Of a stretch of DNA of 64,000 nucleotides, positions 50,745-60,600 are shown in pieces (within the stretch, counting starts at the first letter, position 1; each line of letters opens with the position of its first letter). The position numbers and the translations under genes are program-made. The stretch covers positions 1,962,503 to 2,026,502 of the forward strand of contig OZ220716.1 in NCBI GenBank assembly GCA_965116795.1. Reading direction: 5' to 3'. Below the pieces are notes generated by a model. That model saw only the letters and a program-made list of their open reading frames with translations. It searched no databases and was not told the origin of the DNA. The stretch comes from Gammaproteobacteria bacterium. GTDB taxonomy: Bacteria > Pseudomonadota > Gammaproteobacteria > JAJFKG01.

Positions 50745-52967
50745 GTGTCGTTACGTAAGTTAATCCGTCATCTGTGTATTATTGGAGTATTGTTACCTAA
50801 TGTTACGTTAGCTGTTGGGCTTGGTGTGATAACAAATTACTCACACCTTAATCAAACAATTAATGCACAAATTTCAATCATTGCACTAGGTGATATCCCA
50901 TTGGATAGTGTGCGTGCAGAACTGGCAACTCCTGCGCTATTTAAACATATAGGGCTCCCTTATAGCAGTGAATTAAATAAATTACGTTTTGACTTATTGC
51001 GTGCACAAGATGGCACACCTTATATACATGTGTATTCGCGACAAGTTATTATTGAACCTAATATTAGTTTTCTGTTGCAATTAGCGTGGCCAGGTGGCCA
51101 AGTCATGCGTCAGTATACTGTGTTATTAAGCCCAGATACTCCTGCTGCTGCAAACAAAGCAAAAAGAAAAGCACTGAAACCGTTATCAACTAGTTTGCCT
51201 AAGTCAAAAACTACACATGGCAAATTAGCCAAACAATACGGCCCAATTAAATCGGATGATAGATTATGGGCAATCGCAACCCACAATAAACCTGATCCAA
51301 GTGTGTCTATTCCACAAACAGCCGCAGCGATTTTTTTATTGAATAGCTACGCATTTCAACATAACTCACCATCACAGTTACGCCAAGGTGTGATGTTGCA
51401 ATTGCCATCACTCAATGTAGTGCAAAGAATTCCGCATACTATAGCTAAACAGATCTTACAACAACACGCTGTCGATGTTACAAAATTGCAGAAACAATAC
51501 CATATTAAACCGGTTACATCAGCAACTATGCAACATAAAGCTGCACGCTCTGCTAAGAAGCCTGCTAACGTTCGCCAGCCAAAGAACACTCACAATAGTA
51601 AGCCTATATCAAGCAAGCAACATACTACTGCTGTTAGCAAATCATCAACTAGTACAACAAAAAGCAATACGACCACAACTGTTAAACAGGATCTTACTAA
51701 AGCACAAAAAGAAAATAAACAACTTGTCACACAATTAGCAACACTACAACGTCAGCATGATATGCTTGTGTTAGCCAATCAACAGCAAGTCAAACGTATT
51801 GTTTCATTAGAAGCAAAAATAACTGCCTTGCAAGCTGCTAATCAACTTCCGAAAAAAACGGCTAAACCTGAAAAACAACCATCATTACCAGCCAGCGCTG
51901 CTACAAATACAACAAGCAAACCATTGATTAGTTCTATAAAAGAAACGGCAAAAAAATCACCTATTCCACTAAGTAAGTATTCACATAGTAATAACACTGG
52001 CAAAATTAACATGCTAACTAAGCTAGCTTGGTTGGTTGCAATGGTTGTACTGGGATTATTAATTATTTATTGGTTATACACTCGTTGGCAACGGCGACGT
52101 GAAGAAGTGGCTATTGATGAAGAATTTGCTCAGCAAAGTGAAAAATATTCTGCAGGAAAAATAAATTCAGAAGCAAGCAATTTAATATTTACTGAAGGAG
52201 ATGAAGGTAGTGATACACAACAACCACAGTCTACTGCAGAACCAGAGAGTGACAATACACATACTGAAACGACAACAGACGATACAGACACTTATCAATT
52301 ACATGAAACCGATAGTTTCATTGATATAGGAAATACTGATACCCCAAATACATCAGAAGAGCAATCACCAACTAATCAACACACTGTTCAAGAAGAAGAT
52401 ACTGCTGTGCTAACTGATCCACTAGAAGAAGCTGAAGTGTATCTTGCTTATGGTCGTTTTGAACAGGCAGAACAAGTATTATTAACTGCTCTATCCAGAC
52501 AACCCGATCATCATGCATGGCGTATTAAATTGTTAGAAATCTACGCTAATATGCAAGATAAAGATAAATTTGAACAGGCATTAACTGTATTACCATCATC
52601 AGTATTGGAGCAACATCCACAATGGCAAAATACAATTGCCTCATTACGGCAACAAGTTGAGACAAGTGATACATCTAATTTGCAAGAAGAAGACCAAACG
52701 GAAAGAACAGATGAAACGCAAGGTACAGAAGAAAGAGAAAGTATTCCATTTACCCCTAAACTAGGTTTAAATCTCGCAATTGATGACGACACAAAAGAAG
52801 ACTCTTCAGAAACAATCACAGCTAATGAAGCTTTGCAAAGGGCTAAGCAGCATTTAATCGCAGGTGAATACCAAGATGCAAAAGAGTTATTATCACAAGT
52901 TTGTGAAAAAGGTAATGATGAAGAACAGGAAATGGCTAAAAAATTATTAGATGATATTGATGATTGA
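50745..52967 (+). CDS. fimV: FimV/HubP-family polar landmark protein
   Basis: FimV N-domain, LysM-like region, coiled coil, TM, acidic region, DPLEEAEVYLAYGR; upstream of truA. Confidence 0.88.
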   Translation: MSLRKLIRHLCIIGVLLPNVTLAVGLGVITNYSHLNQTINAQISIIALGDIPLDSVRAELATPALFKHIGLPYSSELNKLRFDLLRAQDGTPYIHVYSRQVIIEPNISFLLQLAWPGGQVMRQYTVLLSPDTPAAANKAKRKALKPLSTSLPKSKTTHGKLAKQYGPIKSDDRLWAIATHNKPDPSVSIPQTAAAIFLLNSYAFQHNSPSQLRQGVMLQLPSLNVVQRIPHTIAKQILQQHAVDVTKLQKQYHIKPVTSATMQHKAARSAKKPANVRQPKNTHNSKPISSKQHTTAVSKSSTSTTKSNTTTTVKQDLTKAQKENKQLVTQLATLQRQHDMLVLANQQQVKRIVSLEAKITALQAANQLPKKTAKPEKQPSLPASAATNTTSKPLISSIKETAKKSPIPLSKYSHSNNTGKINMLTKLAWLVAMVVLGLLIIYWLYTRWQRRREEVAIDEEFAQQSEKYSAGKINSEASNLIFTEGDEGSDTQQPQSTAEPESDNTHTETTTDDTDTYQLHETDSFIDIGNTDTPNTSEEQSPTNQHTVQEEDTAVLTDPLEEAEVYLAYGRFEQAEQVLLTALSRQPDHHAWRIKLLEIYANMQDKDKFEQALTVLPSSVLEQHPQWQNTIASLRQQVETSDTSNLQEEDQTERTDETQGTEERESIPFTPKLGLNLAIDDDTKEDSSETITANEALQRAKQHLIAGEYQDAKELLSQVCEKGNDEEQEMAKKLLDDIDD

Positions 52968-53042
52968 TGGCAAGTAACCACAGTAAAAAATGTTAATAAA
53001 ACTCCAAACTGGAGTTCAAAAATAAAAAAATAATGAGAACTC

Positions 53043-53843
53043 ATGACGCGCATTGCACTGGGCATACAATATACAGGTACTCAATACCATGGTTGGCAAC
53101 GTCAGGCTCAACCTAATGTCAGTACTATTCAAGTTTGTGTTGAAAATGCATTAAATTGCATTGCACCTCAATCAATGCCTATTCAAATTACTTGTGCAGG
53201 TAGAACAGATCGTGGGGTACATGCGGTAGGGCAGGTGGTACACTTTGATACACAGGTTGTTAGATCACAACAAGCCTGGGTACTCGGCACTAACACGCAT
53301 TTACCCAGTGACATTGCGGTTATTTGGGCTAAAGAATGTGAGAATGATTTTCATGCACGTTACAGTGCGTTGGCACGTTGTTATCGTTACATACTATATA
53401 ACCAACCTATACGTTCGGCATTATGGGCTGAAAAAACAACCTGGTATCAGCGACCACTTAATATAGCTGCCATGCAAGTAGCTGCTAAGTTATTGCTGGG
53501 TGAACATGACTTTTCATCATTTCGTGCGGCAAATTGTCAATCTCGATCAGCACATCGATGCATTCATTTTATTCATATTGAACAACAAACACCTTTTATT
53601 ATGATTGATATACAAGCGAATGCGTTTTTACATCACATGGTACGTAATATCGTTGGGGTATTATTAGATATCGGTTGTGAAAAGTTACCACCTAATGCAA
53701 TGGGACAGATCTTAGCAGCACGTGATCGTAAACAAGCTTCATTAACTGCGCCTGCACAAGGGTTGTATTTATTATCAGTGACATACCCGCAACAATATCA
53801 ATTACCAGTAGCAACTAATCACTTTATTAATGCAGCCTTTTAA
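53043..53843 (+). CDS. truA: tRNA pseudouridine(38-40) synthase
   Basis: YHGWQRQ, AGRTDRGVHA, FHARYSA, FLHHMVR, APAQGL. Confidence 0.98.
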   Translation: MTRIALGIQYTGTQYHGWQRQAQPNVSTIQVCVENALNCIAPQSMPIQITCAGRTDRGVHAVGQVVHFDTQVVRSQQAWVLGTNTHLPSDIAVIWAKECENDFHARYSALARCYRYILYNQPIRSALWAEKTTWYQRPLNIAAMQVAAKLLLGEHDFSSFRAANCQSRSAHRCIHFIHIEQQTPFIMIDIQANAFLHHMVRNIVGVLLDIGCEKLPPNAMGQILAARDRKQASLTAPAQGLYLLSVTYPQQYQLPVATNHFINAAF

Positions 53844-53892
53844 CTTTATAAACTCTAACTCCTACGGCCCTCATCCCGCGGTATAGATAGAA

Positions 53893-55104
53893 TTAATCTG
53901 GAATAATTTTCTTTTTACTGGCACTGCGATGTCGCTCACGTAATTCGACATCAATATAGCGATCAGTGACCAATGATGAACTATGCCCAGCATCATCACG
54001 TACATGTTCACGTGGACGCGTTTTAACATCTTCTGAAATGCCAGTATGTCGCAACCAATGCACAGTTGCTGCCTGTAATTGCTGTGCTTCTTCAGTAAAG
54101 CCATCTTGTTTTAAACGAGAAACAGCATTGTCAAAACATGACTGTACAATACGTGAAATAGGGCGAGTGCTACTAATCGCACCTTTGCCGCGTAATTTAG
54201 GGATCAACGGTGTTGTATCAGCAGAGGTTGGTAATGGTGATAACCCTAATGACTTACGCCAGCGTTTTAATGCAGCTAACATGCTATTACTCACCGCAAT
54301 TTGTCGTTGCTTATTTCCTTTACCAACGGTTAAAAACCACCATAGCCCATCTCCATCTTGTTGAAAATGTTCCATTTGTGGTACCCAGCGTGAACAAGCT
54401 GCCAATTCAGAGATCCGCAAATACATTCCGTACAATGCATTCATGATGAATAGAGTGCGTTCATGAGTCGGATCGCTATCAGCCATTAACATGGCTGTTT
54501 CGATAACATAACTCCATTGTAATTCTGATAATTTACGTACAATGCGAGTCGTTTGTTGACTACGAAAATATTTACTTTTTTGCCTAATTTGTTGGATAGG
54601 ATTAATCGGCATATAAGACTCTTGTACTAAGTAATTAAAAAAGCTGCTACATACTGTGAATATTTCACGCACAGATTTTTCAGATAGGCTAAAGTCATCA
54701 ACAGTGAGCTTTCGATCAGATGTGCGTTGCATTTTAGCCGTTGTTACCACAAAAGGGCGCCAATCTGAATTAGGTTGACGTTGCCCATCTCGTAGAATAA
54801 ATCGCGGCGTTTTTTTAGTGCTAATCCAAGACGTTGGTGGGTTTTGGCAGAATTGAATATAAGTTTCTAGATCATCGCGTGTCAGTTTAGGTAATGTGAC
54901 TTGGTGAATGTGTTGTAACCACTGCAGTAAACGCTCTACCTCGCGACGATAGGTATTAAATGTCGCTTGATTGCCACGGTAACTATATAAAAACTGATAG
55001 GCATAACGGTAATCATGCTCAAATGCAGGGATAAGTGATATGGGTAAATTGGTAACAGACAAACTGTCGAGGGTATCAAATAAAGCCAGAGGTATTTTCA
55101 TCAT
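53893..55104 (-). CDS. stand-alone tyrosine recombinase
   Basis: SAM-like N-domain (TFNTYRREVERL); catalytic LRISEL, GKGNK, HWLRH, GH, TDRY. Confidence 0.93.
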   Translation of the reverse strand: MMKIPLALFDTLDSLSVTNLPISLIPAFEHDYRYAYQFLYSYRGNQATFNTYRREVERLLQWLQHIHQVTLPKLTRDDLETYIQFCQNPPTSWISTKKTPRFILRDGQRQPNSDWRPFVVTTAKMQRTSDRKLTVDDFSLSEKSVREIFTVCSSFFNYLVQESYMPINPIQQIRQKSKYFRSQQTTRIVRKLSELQWSYVIETAMLMADSDPTHERTLFIMNALYGMYLRISELAACSRWVPQMEHFQQDGDGLWWFLTVGKGNKQRQIAVSNSMLAALKRWRKSLGLSPLPTSADTTPLIPKLRGKGAISSTRPISRIVQSCFDNAVSRLKQDGFTEEAQQLQAATVHWLRHTGISEDVKTRPREHVRDDAGHSSSLVTDRYIDVELRERHRSASKKKIIPD

Positions 55105-55116
55105 TTTTATGATATC

Positions 55117-55146
55117 AAAGTCTGATAGTAAAAGCTATCAGACTTT
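55117..55146. other. perfect 12-6-12 inverted repeat; candidate recombinase core site or operator
   Basis: AAAGTCTGATAG-TAAAAG-CTATCAGACTTT, 12 bp upstream of the recombinase ATG. Confidence 0.6.
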
Positions 55147-55191
55147 ATATGGTGTAATAGCTCAGCTAAACCGTTTTGAGACACTACCGAC

Positions 55192-56421
55192 TTAATCATG
55201 AGTATGTTGTAATCTTGGATCTAACTCAGCAGCAATAGGCGTTGTTTGTGGCACTGGCAAGAATGGTTCTTCTTGTGGCATTGCTTTGCGCTGTACGCGT
55301 CGTACACTTAAGAAGATCATCAGCAACACATTAATTGTGAGGAAATAAACAAGATAGCCATAAAAATGTGATACATGCATGAAGACTGATGATAGGATTG
55401 GACCCAATACACAACCGATGCTATAAGCTAGTAACAAACCTTGGGTAGCACTAATAATATCTTTGTCTTTCACGTAGTCACACGCCAAACTGATCCCAAC
55501 TGGATAAATCGTAAAACTCAGTCCACCAAATAAGAAAAACAATAGGCTGTCTAACCATATATTATGCTTTAATAAAAACAATGGTACGGTGACAATTACT
55601 AAACCGATACAGATCAATATCAATACAAAGCGCCGTTCCATATAATCTGACAACCGACCAATTGGGTATTGCAAACTCATACCACCTAAAATCACAATCG
55701 CCATTAATATCGATATCAAATGCAGTTTATAGGATAGCCCTGCAAGAAAAGCGGGCATTAACCCATATATGCTTGCCAAGATTAAACCAGAACAAAAACA
55801 GCTAATGACACCCGAACTCGATATTTTAAATAAACGAATAAAGCTTAAACGTGATGGTTCTTCAAAACGAGGGGCTTGTAGTTTCATTAATGCCATTGGC
55901 ATCAATGAAAATGAGCATAATATACCGGCTAATACATAAGGTAACAATGGATCGGTGTATTTAATATTTATTAGGAATTGTCCTAATGATTGTGCACCAT
56001 ATAATGCAATCATGTAGAAAGCCAATAGCTTGCCACGGGTACGTTTTGTACCTAATAATAATAACCAACTCTCAACCACCACAAATAATCCAGCAGTAAA
56101 AAAGCCTGCTAAGAAACGCATGGCTAGCCAGAAACCAGCATTGACCCATATCCCTTGTAATAAAGTAACAACAGCTAATCCAGATACTAAGGCAGAAAAT
56201 GCACGAATGTGCCCTACTTTGGTGATAGTATTTTCAATGCACAATGATGCAACAGCTAATCCAGCATAATAGGCAGCTGTCATCATACCCACTATGGCAG
56301 TTGGATAGCCTGCTTCATGCAAGAATAAACTAATGTATGTCATGAAAAAGCCATTACTGATCACGAAGATAAATAAACTAATCAGAGGAATCATGACTTT
56401 TTTGGTTGAATTTGCTGACAT
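55192..56421 (-). CDS. MFS transporter (YcaD-like)
   Basis: VGHIRAF, VVESWL, LQYPIGRLSD..ERR, YP.G. Confidence 0.88.
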   Translation of the reverse strand: MSANSTKKVMIPLISLFIFVISNGFFMTYISLFLHEAGYPTAIVGMMTAAYYAGLAVASLCIENTITKVGHIRAFSALVSGLAVVTLLQGIWVNAGFWLAMRFLAGFFTAGLFVVVESWLLLLGTKRTRGKLLAFYMIALYGAQSLGQFLINIKYTDPLLPYVLAGILCSFSLMPMALMKLQAPRFEEPSRLSFIRLFKISSSGVISCFCSGLILASIYGLMPAFLAGLSYKLHLISILMAIVILGGMSLQYPIGRLSDYMERRFVLILICIGLVIVTVPLFLLKHNIWLDSLLFFLFGGLSFTIYPVGISLACDYVKDKDIISATQGLLLAYSIGCVLGPILSSVFMHVSHFYGYLVYFLTINVLLMIFLSVRRVQRKAMPQEEPFLPVPQTTPIAAELDPRLQHTHD

Positions 56422-56477
56422 ATGAACACCAACACTGCTATCGCGTTAACTAAGTAAGTAGACTATAGCAATTACGA

Positions 56478-58256
56478 TCAAATTTGCCAGTTTTTCGGAT
56501 GAGCTAATAGTATAGAGATATTGTGCAATACATCGTTCCAGCCATTGGGCTCAGATTGACGAAATAAGCGCATGCTGGGGTACCACGGCGTATCCTCCCG
56601 TTGCAATTGCCAACGCCAATCCGGGGCAAAGGGTAATAATAGCCATACTGGACAAGCCAATGCTCCGGCCAAATGGGCCAGTGCTGTATCCACACTGATG
56701 ACTAAATCTAATTGTTGAATAATGGCTGCCGCATCTGAAAAAGATAATGTTTGTGCAGAAGGCCAATGAATATTGTCAGGTAATATTACGCTACGTTCTT
56801 TTTGAGTGGGTTCAGTTTGCAATAAATAAAATGATATGTCTGGCATGTCAGCTGCTACTTTTTGTAATAGTGTTAATGATACAGAACGGCGTTTATCATT
56901 GGGATGTAATTCACTACCATGCCACACCAACCCCACTTGCTTTTTACTACCATGTTTTTTAATAATCTTACGCCAAGTTGTTTGTGCTGCTCTAGGGACA
57001 GTTATATAAGGTGTCTCATGTGGAATATTGGCATTATCAACCTGCAATACTGCTGGAATTGATGCAATCGATATATAATAGTCAAATTCAGTCAATGAGA
57101 TAGTTTCAAGGGTATCAATACAATGATAATGACGCGCTTTATTCAGTAATGACAGTAAAGCAGTTTGACAATGAAATGTAATATCTGCCCCTTGCTTAGC
57201 CAATATAGTAAAGAAACGTACGTGCTGCAGACAGTCACCTATCCCCTGCTCTGCCATTACCAGTAATTGCTTACCTTTTAATGGTTCACCTTGCCATACA
57301 GCAAGCTCCTCAAATTGTGGTGCATTGATTAATTGCAGGTGCCATGCATATTCAGGCCAACCGCGTTTAAAATCACCTAGAAGCAAATACAGTTCACTTA
57401 AGTAAACATGCGCTAACGCATGTTCAGGTTGTCGAGATAGCATTTTGCGCAGTAATGTGAACGCTAATTGATAATCTCCTTGGTTACGCAAAACAGTCAC
57501 CTTATTAAATAATAATTCACTATGATGAGGCTGTTTTGTTAACCCTTTATCAAGGTAATAGATTGCTTTAGCAAAATATCCTTGTTGATAGAATAATGCA
57601 GCTAGATTATTGTAAACACCTGCAATACTGGTATCTTTCTCAATTAAGTATTGATATGCTGCCTGTGCTTGTTGAGTATGGCCTCGATTTTCTGCCAAAA
57701 TACCCTGATAAAAGTAAGTCTGCTCGTTGTCGGGTTGTAGATGATGTAATTGATTGATCAACAATTCAGCTGTATCTAACTGTTTCCCTTGAATGGCATA
57801 GCTAATCAATTTTGTCAGCGCACCAATGTGCTGTGGTTTTACATTTAAGGTATCTTGAAAGGCACGACATGCTGCGTCAATATTGGTGAACCGTTCGTAT
57901 AACAATCCCAAATTATAATGTGCATTCGCCAATTCAGGTGCCAATTGAATTGCTTTATGACAAGCGGTTAACGCTTTTTGTTTTTCATCTAAATTGCCAT
58001 ACGCTATTGCTAAGTTGACATAGCATTGTGCCTTATTCGGTGTGGCATGAATCACTTTTTCGATTAATTCAATTGCATGATGATAATCCCCTTCTTGTAG
58101 GGCAATGATCCCTAATAAATAACATACAGTTGGATTATCTGGATGTTGTTCAAGTAAGGTATCATAGGCTTTTTTGGCTGCGGTTAGTCTGCCAGCTTGA
58201 TGCGCAATACGTGCCCGGTGCAATAATTGATCAATTTGCTGTCGTGATAGTGGCAT
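56478..58256 (-). CDS. TPR-repeat protein with C-terminal GT-B glycosyltransferase-like domain
   Basis: Many TPRs; EQGIGD.LQ.VR, GLVW.G, DLVISVDTALAHLAGA, DWRW, WYPSMRLFRQ. Confidence 0.88.
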   Translation of the reverse strand: MPLSRQQIDQLLHRARIAHQAGRLTAAKKAYDTLLEQHPDNPTVCYLLGIIALQEGDYHHAIELIEKVIHATPNKAQCYVNLAIAYGNLDEKQKALTACHKAIQLAPELANAHYNLGLLYERFTNIDAACRAFQDTLNVKPQHIGALTKLISYAIQGKQLDTAELLINQLHHLQPDNEQTYFYQGILAENRGHTQQAQAAYQYLIEKDTSIAGVYNNLAALFYQQGYFAKAIYYLDKGLTKQPHHSELLFNKVTVLRNQGDYQLAFTLLRKMLSRQPEHALAHVYLSELYLLLGDFKRGWPEYAWHLQLINAPQFEELAVWQGEPLKGKQLLVMAEQGIGDCLQHVRFFTILAKQGADITFHCQTALLSLLNKARHYHCIDTLETISLTEFDYYISIASIPAVLQVDNANIPHETPYITVPRAAQTTWRKIIKKHGSKKQVGLVWHGSELHPNDKRRSVSLTLLQKVAADMPDISFYLLQTEPTQKERSVILPDNIHWPSAQTLSFSDAAAIIQQLDLVISVDTALAHLAGALACPVWLLLPFAPDWRWQLQREDTPWYPSMRLFRQSEPNGWNDVLHNISILLAHPKNWQI

Positions 58257-58338
58257 TTGCGCAGATTATCCATATTTATTCCCACTAATGATTATAGCCG
58301 AGGAAGAATAATCCACAGAAATCGTTACAAATAAAGTA

Positions 58339-59661
58339 TTAAGTGCTGCTTTTTTCAAGCGGCGTGTGTGGCAAAGACTTATCAACAACATACGCTGTTG
58401 TTAACACACCGTGTACATTGGTTGCGGTGCGTCCCATGTCAACAATTGAGTCAACACCTTGTACTAAACCAATTACGGCATACGGTAAACCCAATGTAGT
58501 TAATGACACGCTGGCAGCAATTGATGCAGTTCCTGGGATGCCAGAAATACCCAGTGAGGCGATCATGTTAATTAACATAATACTGATCACCGTACCAATG
58601 GTTACGGGTAAATGTAGAATCGTCATTGCCATCATGACTAACATTGCAGGAAATACACCTGCACAGGCATTCATCCCAACAGTGGCACCAATACTTGGGA
58701 CAAAACTTGCTGTAATTTGACGTACTTGCAATTTGTTACGCAAGACTTCTTCGGAAATAGGTAACGTACCGAAACTAGAGCGTGTGAAAAAGGCAACTAA
58801 TATTGCCGGATATACTTTTCTTAAAAATAAAATAGGGTTCATTCCGCTGATTGAGATAAACATTAAATGCATGAGTATAACCAATGCCATTGCAATGTAA
58901 ATCGCAAGTACAAAGTCGAAAATCGCCATTAATGTTTGTACACCTTGATGTAAACTCAGTTGAGTCATTAACGCGAGTATGGCGTATGGTGTCAGCATAA
59001 TAACAAGTTGAGTGAGCTTTTTAATCACTAGAAAAAATGATTCCATGAAGCGTGCAAAAGGCTCCACCATACTATTATCTGTTTGTCGTAGCCACTGTGC
59101 GCTAATACCAATTAATACAGCAAAAATAGCAATAGCTATGGTGTTACCTTCATGCATTAGTGCAACTGGGTTGCTTGGGATCATTGCTAATAATGTTTGT
59201 GCGAGACCAGTATAGGGATGTGCAGGTTCTACAGTATAGTCAAGTGTTAAGCCTGCTCCTATTTTAAATATATTAGCAACCCCAATACCAATGGCTGATG
59301 CCACTGCAGTCATTAATAGCAACATACCAACCGAGCGAAATGCTAACTTACCTAACAATTGATTGCGTTTGTCACCAAGACGTAAAATAGATTGAATAAT
59401 TGACGTTAGAATTAATGGAATCACTAACATTTTAAGTAGTGATAAATATCCATCGCCAACTAATTGTAGCCAGCCTTCTAATGGCATACGTAATGTTGGA
59501 TCACAAGTACTTTGTAACCAGTGTAATAGTCCCCCAAAACTCACGCCTAATATCAGTGCAAATAATACTTGTTTATTAAATCCCATGCCTTTCTTAGCGA
59601 GTAATCCAAGTAGACCCAGCAAGCCAAGGAACATTAAGATGGGGCTATAAGTGGCTATCAT
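58339..59661 (-). CDS. dicarboxylate/amino acid:cation symporter (DAACS)
   Basis: LLKMLVIPLI, AFFTRSS.GTLP, GAT.GMNAC, DMGRTA.NV. Confidence 0.92.
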   Translation of the reverse strand: MIATYSPILMFLGLLGLLGLLAKKGMGFNKQVLFALILGVSFGGLLHWLQSTCDPTLRMPLEGWLQLVGDGYLSLLKMLVIPLILTSIIQSILRLGDKRNQLLGKLAFRSVGMLLLMTAVASAIGIGVANIFKIGAGLTLDYTVEPAHPYTGLAQTLLAMIPSNPVALMHEGNTIAIAIFAVLIGISAQWLRQTDNSMVEPFARFMESFFLVIKKLTQLVIMLTPYAILALMTQLSLHQGVQTLMAIFDFVLAIYIAMALVILMHLMFISISGMNPILFLRKVYPAILVAFFTRSSFGTLPISEEVLRNKLQVRQITASFVPSIGATVGMNACAGVFPAMLVMMAMTILHLPVTIGTVISIMLINMIASLGISGIPGTASIAASVSLTTLGLPYAVIGLVQGVDSIVDMGRTATNVHGVLTTAYVVDKSLPHTPLEKSST

Positions 59662-59892
59662 TGTACGTAATCCTTCATCAGTAATAATTTGGCTGATTCT
59701 ATGCTAGCCTCATACACATTTCAACGTTACTACTCAGGTGCTATTAGGGAAAATGCCATCTTCTGCCAACCTCCCCACTCAAAGCTGACGCTTTTTGGTA
59801 ACGTCAAGATCTTACATTTCAACTAACAGATTGTCTTTTCGTAAGTGACATACTTATTAATATGTTGGCGTTTCATTATTTAATTTGCAGAC

Positions 59893-60414
59893 CTATGATG
59901 ACTTTGTTTTAAGGATTCTCTCATAGCGTTTATCTATTCGTAGCCGTTTTAGACGCGATAATTTATCAACAAATAAAACCCCATTTAAGTGGTCAACCTC
60001 ATGCTGGATACATTTGGCCATGAAATCTTCTGCGATAAAATCTAGTGGTTTGCCGTTACGATTAAGTGCAGTCACTCTTATCTTAGCAGCGCGTTTCACC
60101 TTTTCATAAGTGGGAATGCTCGCCACAGACATACACCCTTCAACTGATTCATTTACACCTTCTGCTTCACTAAGGTTAGGATTAACAAGACAAAGTGGCT
60201 GATCTTTATTATCAGAAAAATCGATGACAGTGATCGCAGGAGCATTATCAATATCTAATTGGGTGGCAGCTAACGCAGCACAATTTTCCTGTGCATAGTG
60301 TGTTTCAAACATATCGTCAATAATCTTTGTGATTCGTTGATCAATGACATCTACATGCTTCCCTATTCGCTTTAGCCTTGGATCTGGATATTGCAAAACC
60401 GTTAAAATCGCCAT
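59893..60414 (-). CDS. def: peptide deformylase
   Basis: YPDPRL, LAATQ, EGCMS, QHEVDHLNG. Confidence 0.95.
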   Translation of the reverse strand: MAILTVLQYPDPRLKRIGKHVDVIDQRITKIIDDMFETHYAQENCAALAATQLDIDNAPAITVIDFSDNKDQPLCLVNPNLSEAEGVNESVEGCMSVASIPTYEKVKRAAKIRVTALNRNGKPLDFIAEDFMAKCIQHEVDHLNGVLFVDKLSRLKRLRIDKRYERILKTKSS

Positions 60415-60600
60415 CTTACTGAGAAACCCTAGTAAACCTTAAAAAAGGCGGATAATAACACAAAATAGTGACACACATGCATTATTGTGGCTCTATAATT
60501 TGCAAAGTTTAACCAGTTTTCTTAGAATGAAGCAGATTCTAACAGGGCACAATATTTAAGAGCAGCTATTTCTCGCAAAATACAATGAGCATCACAGGAT

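Noticed and set aside
53893-55104. Integron integrase or prophage integrase
   Set aside because: No attC cassette array, tRNA att site, direct repeats or phage genes, and no recognisable IntI-specific insertion.
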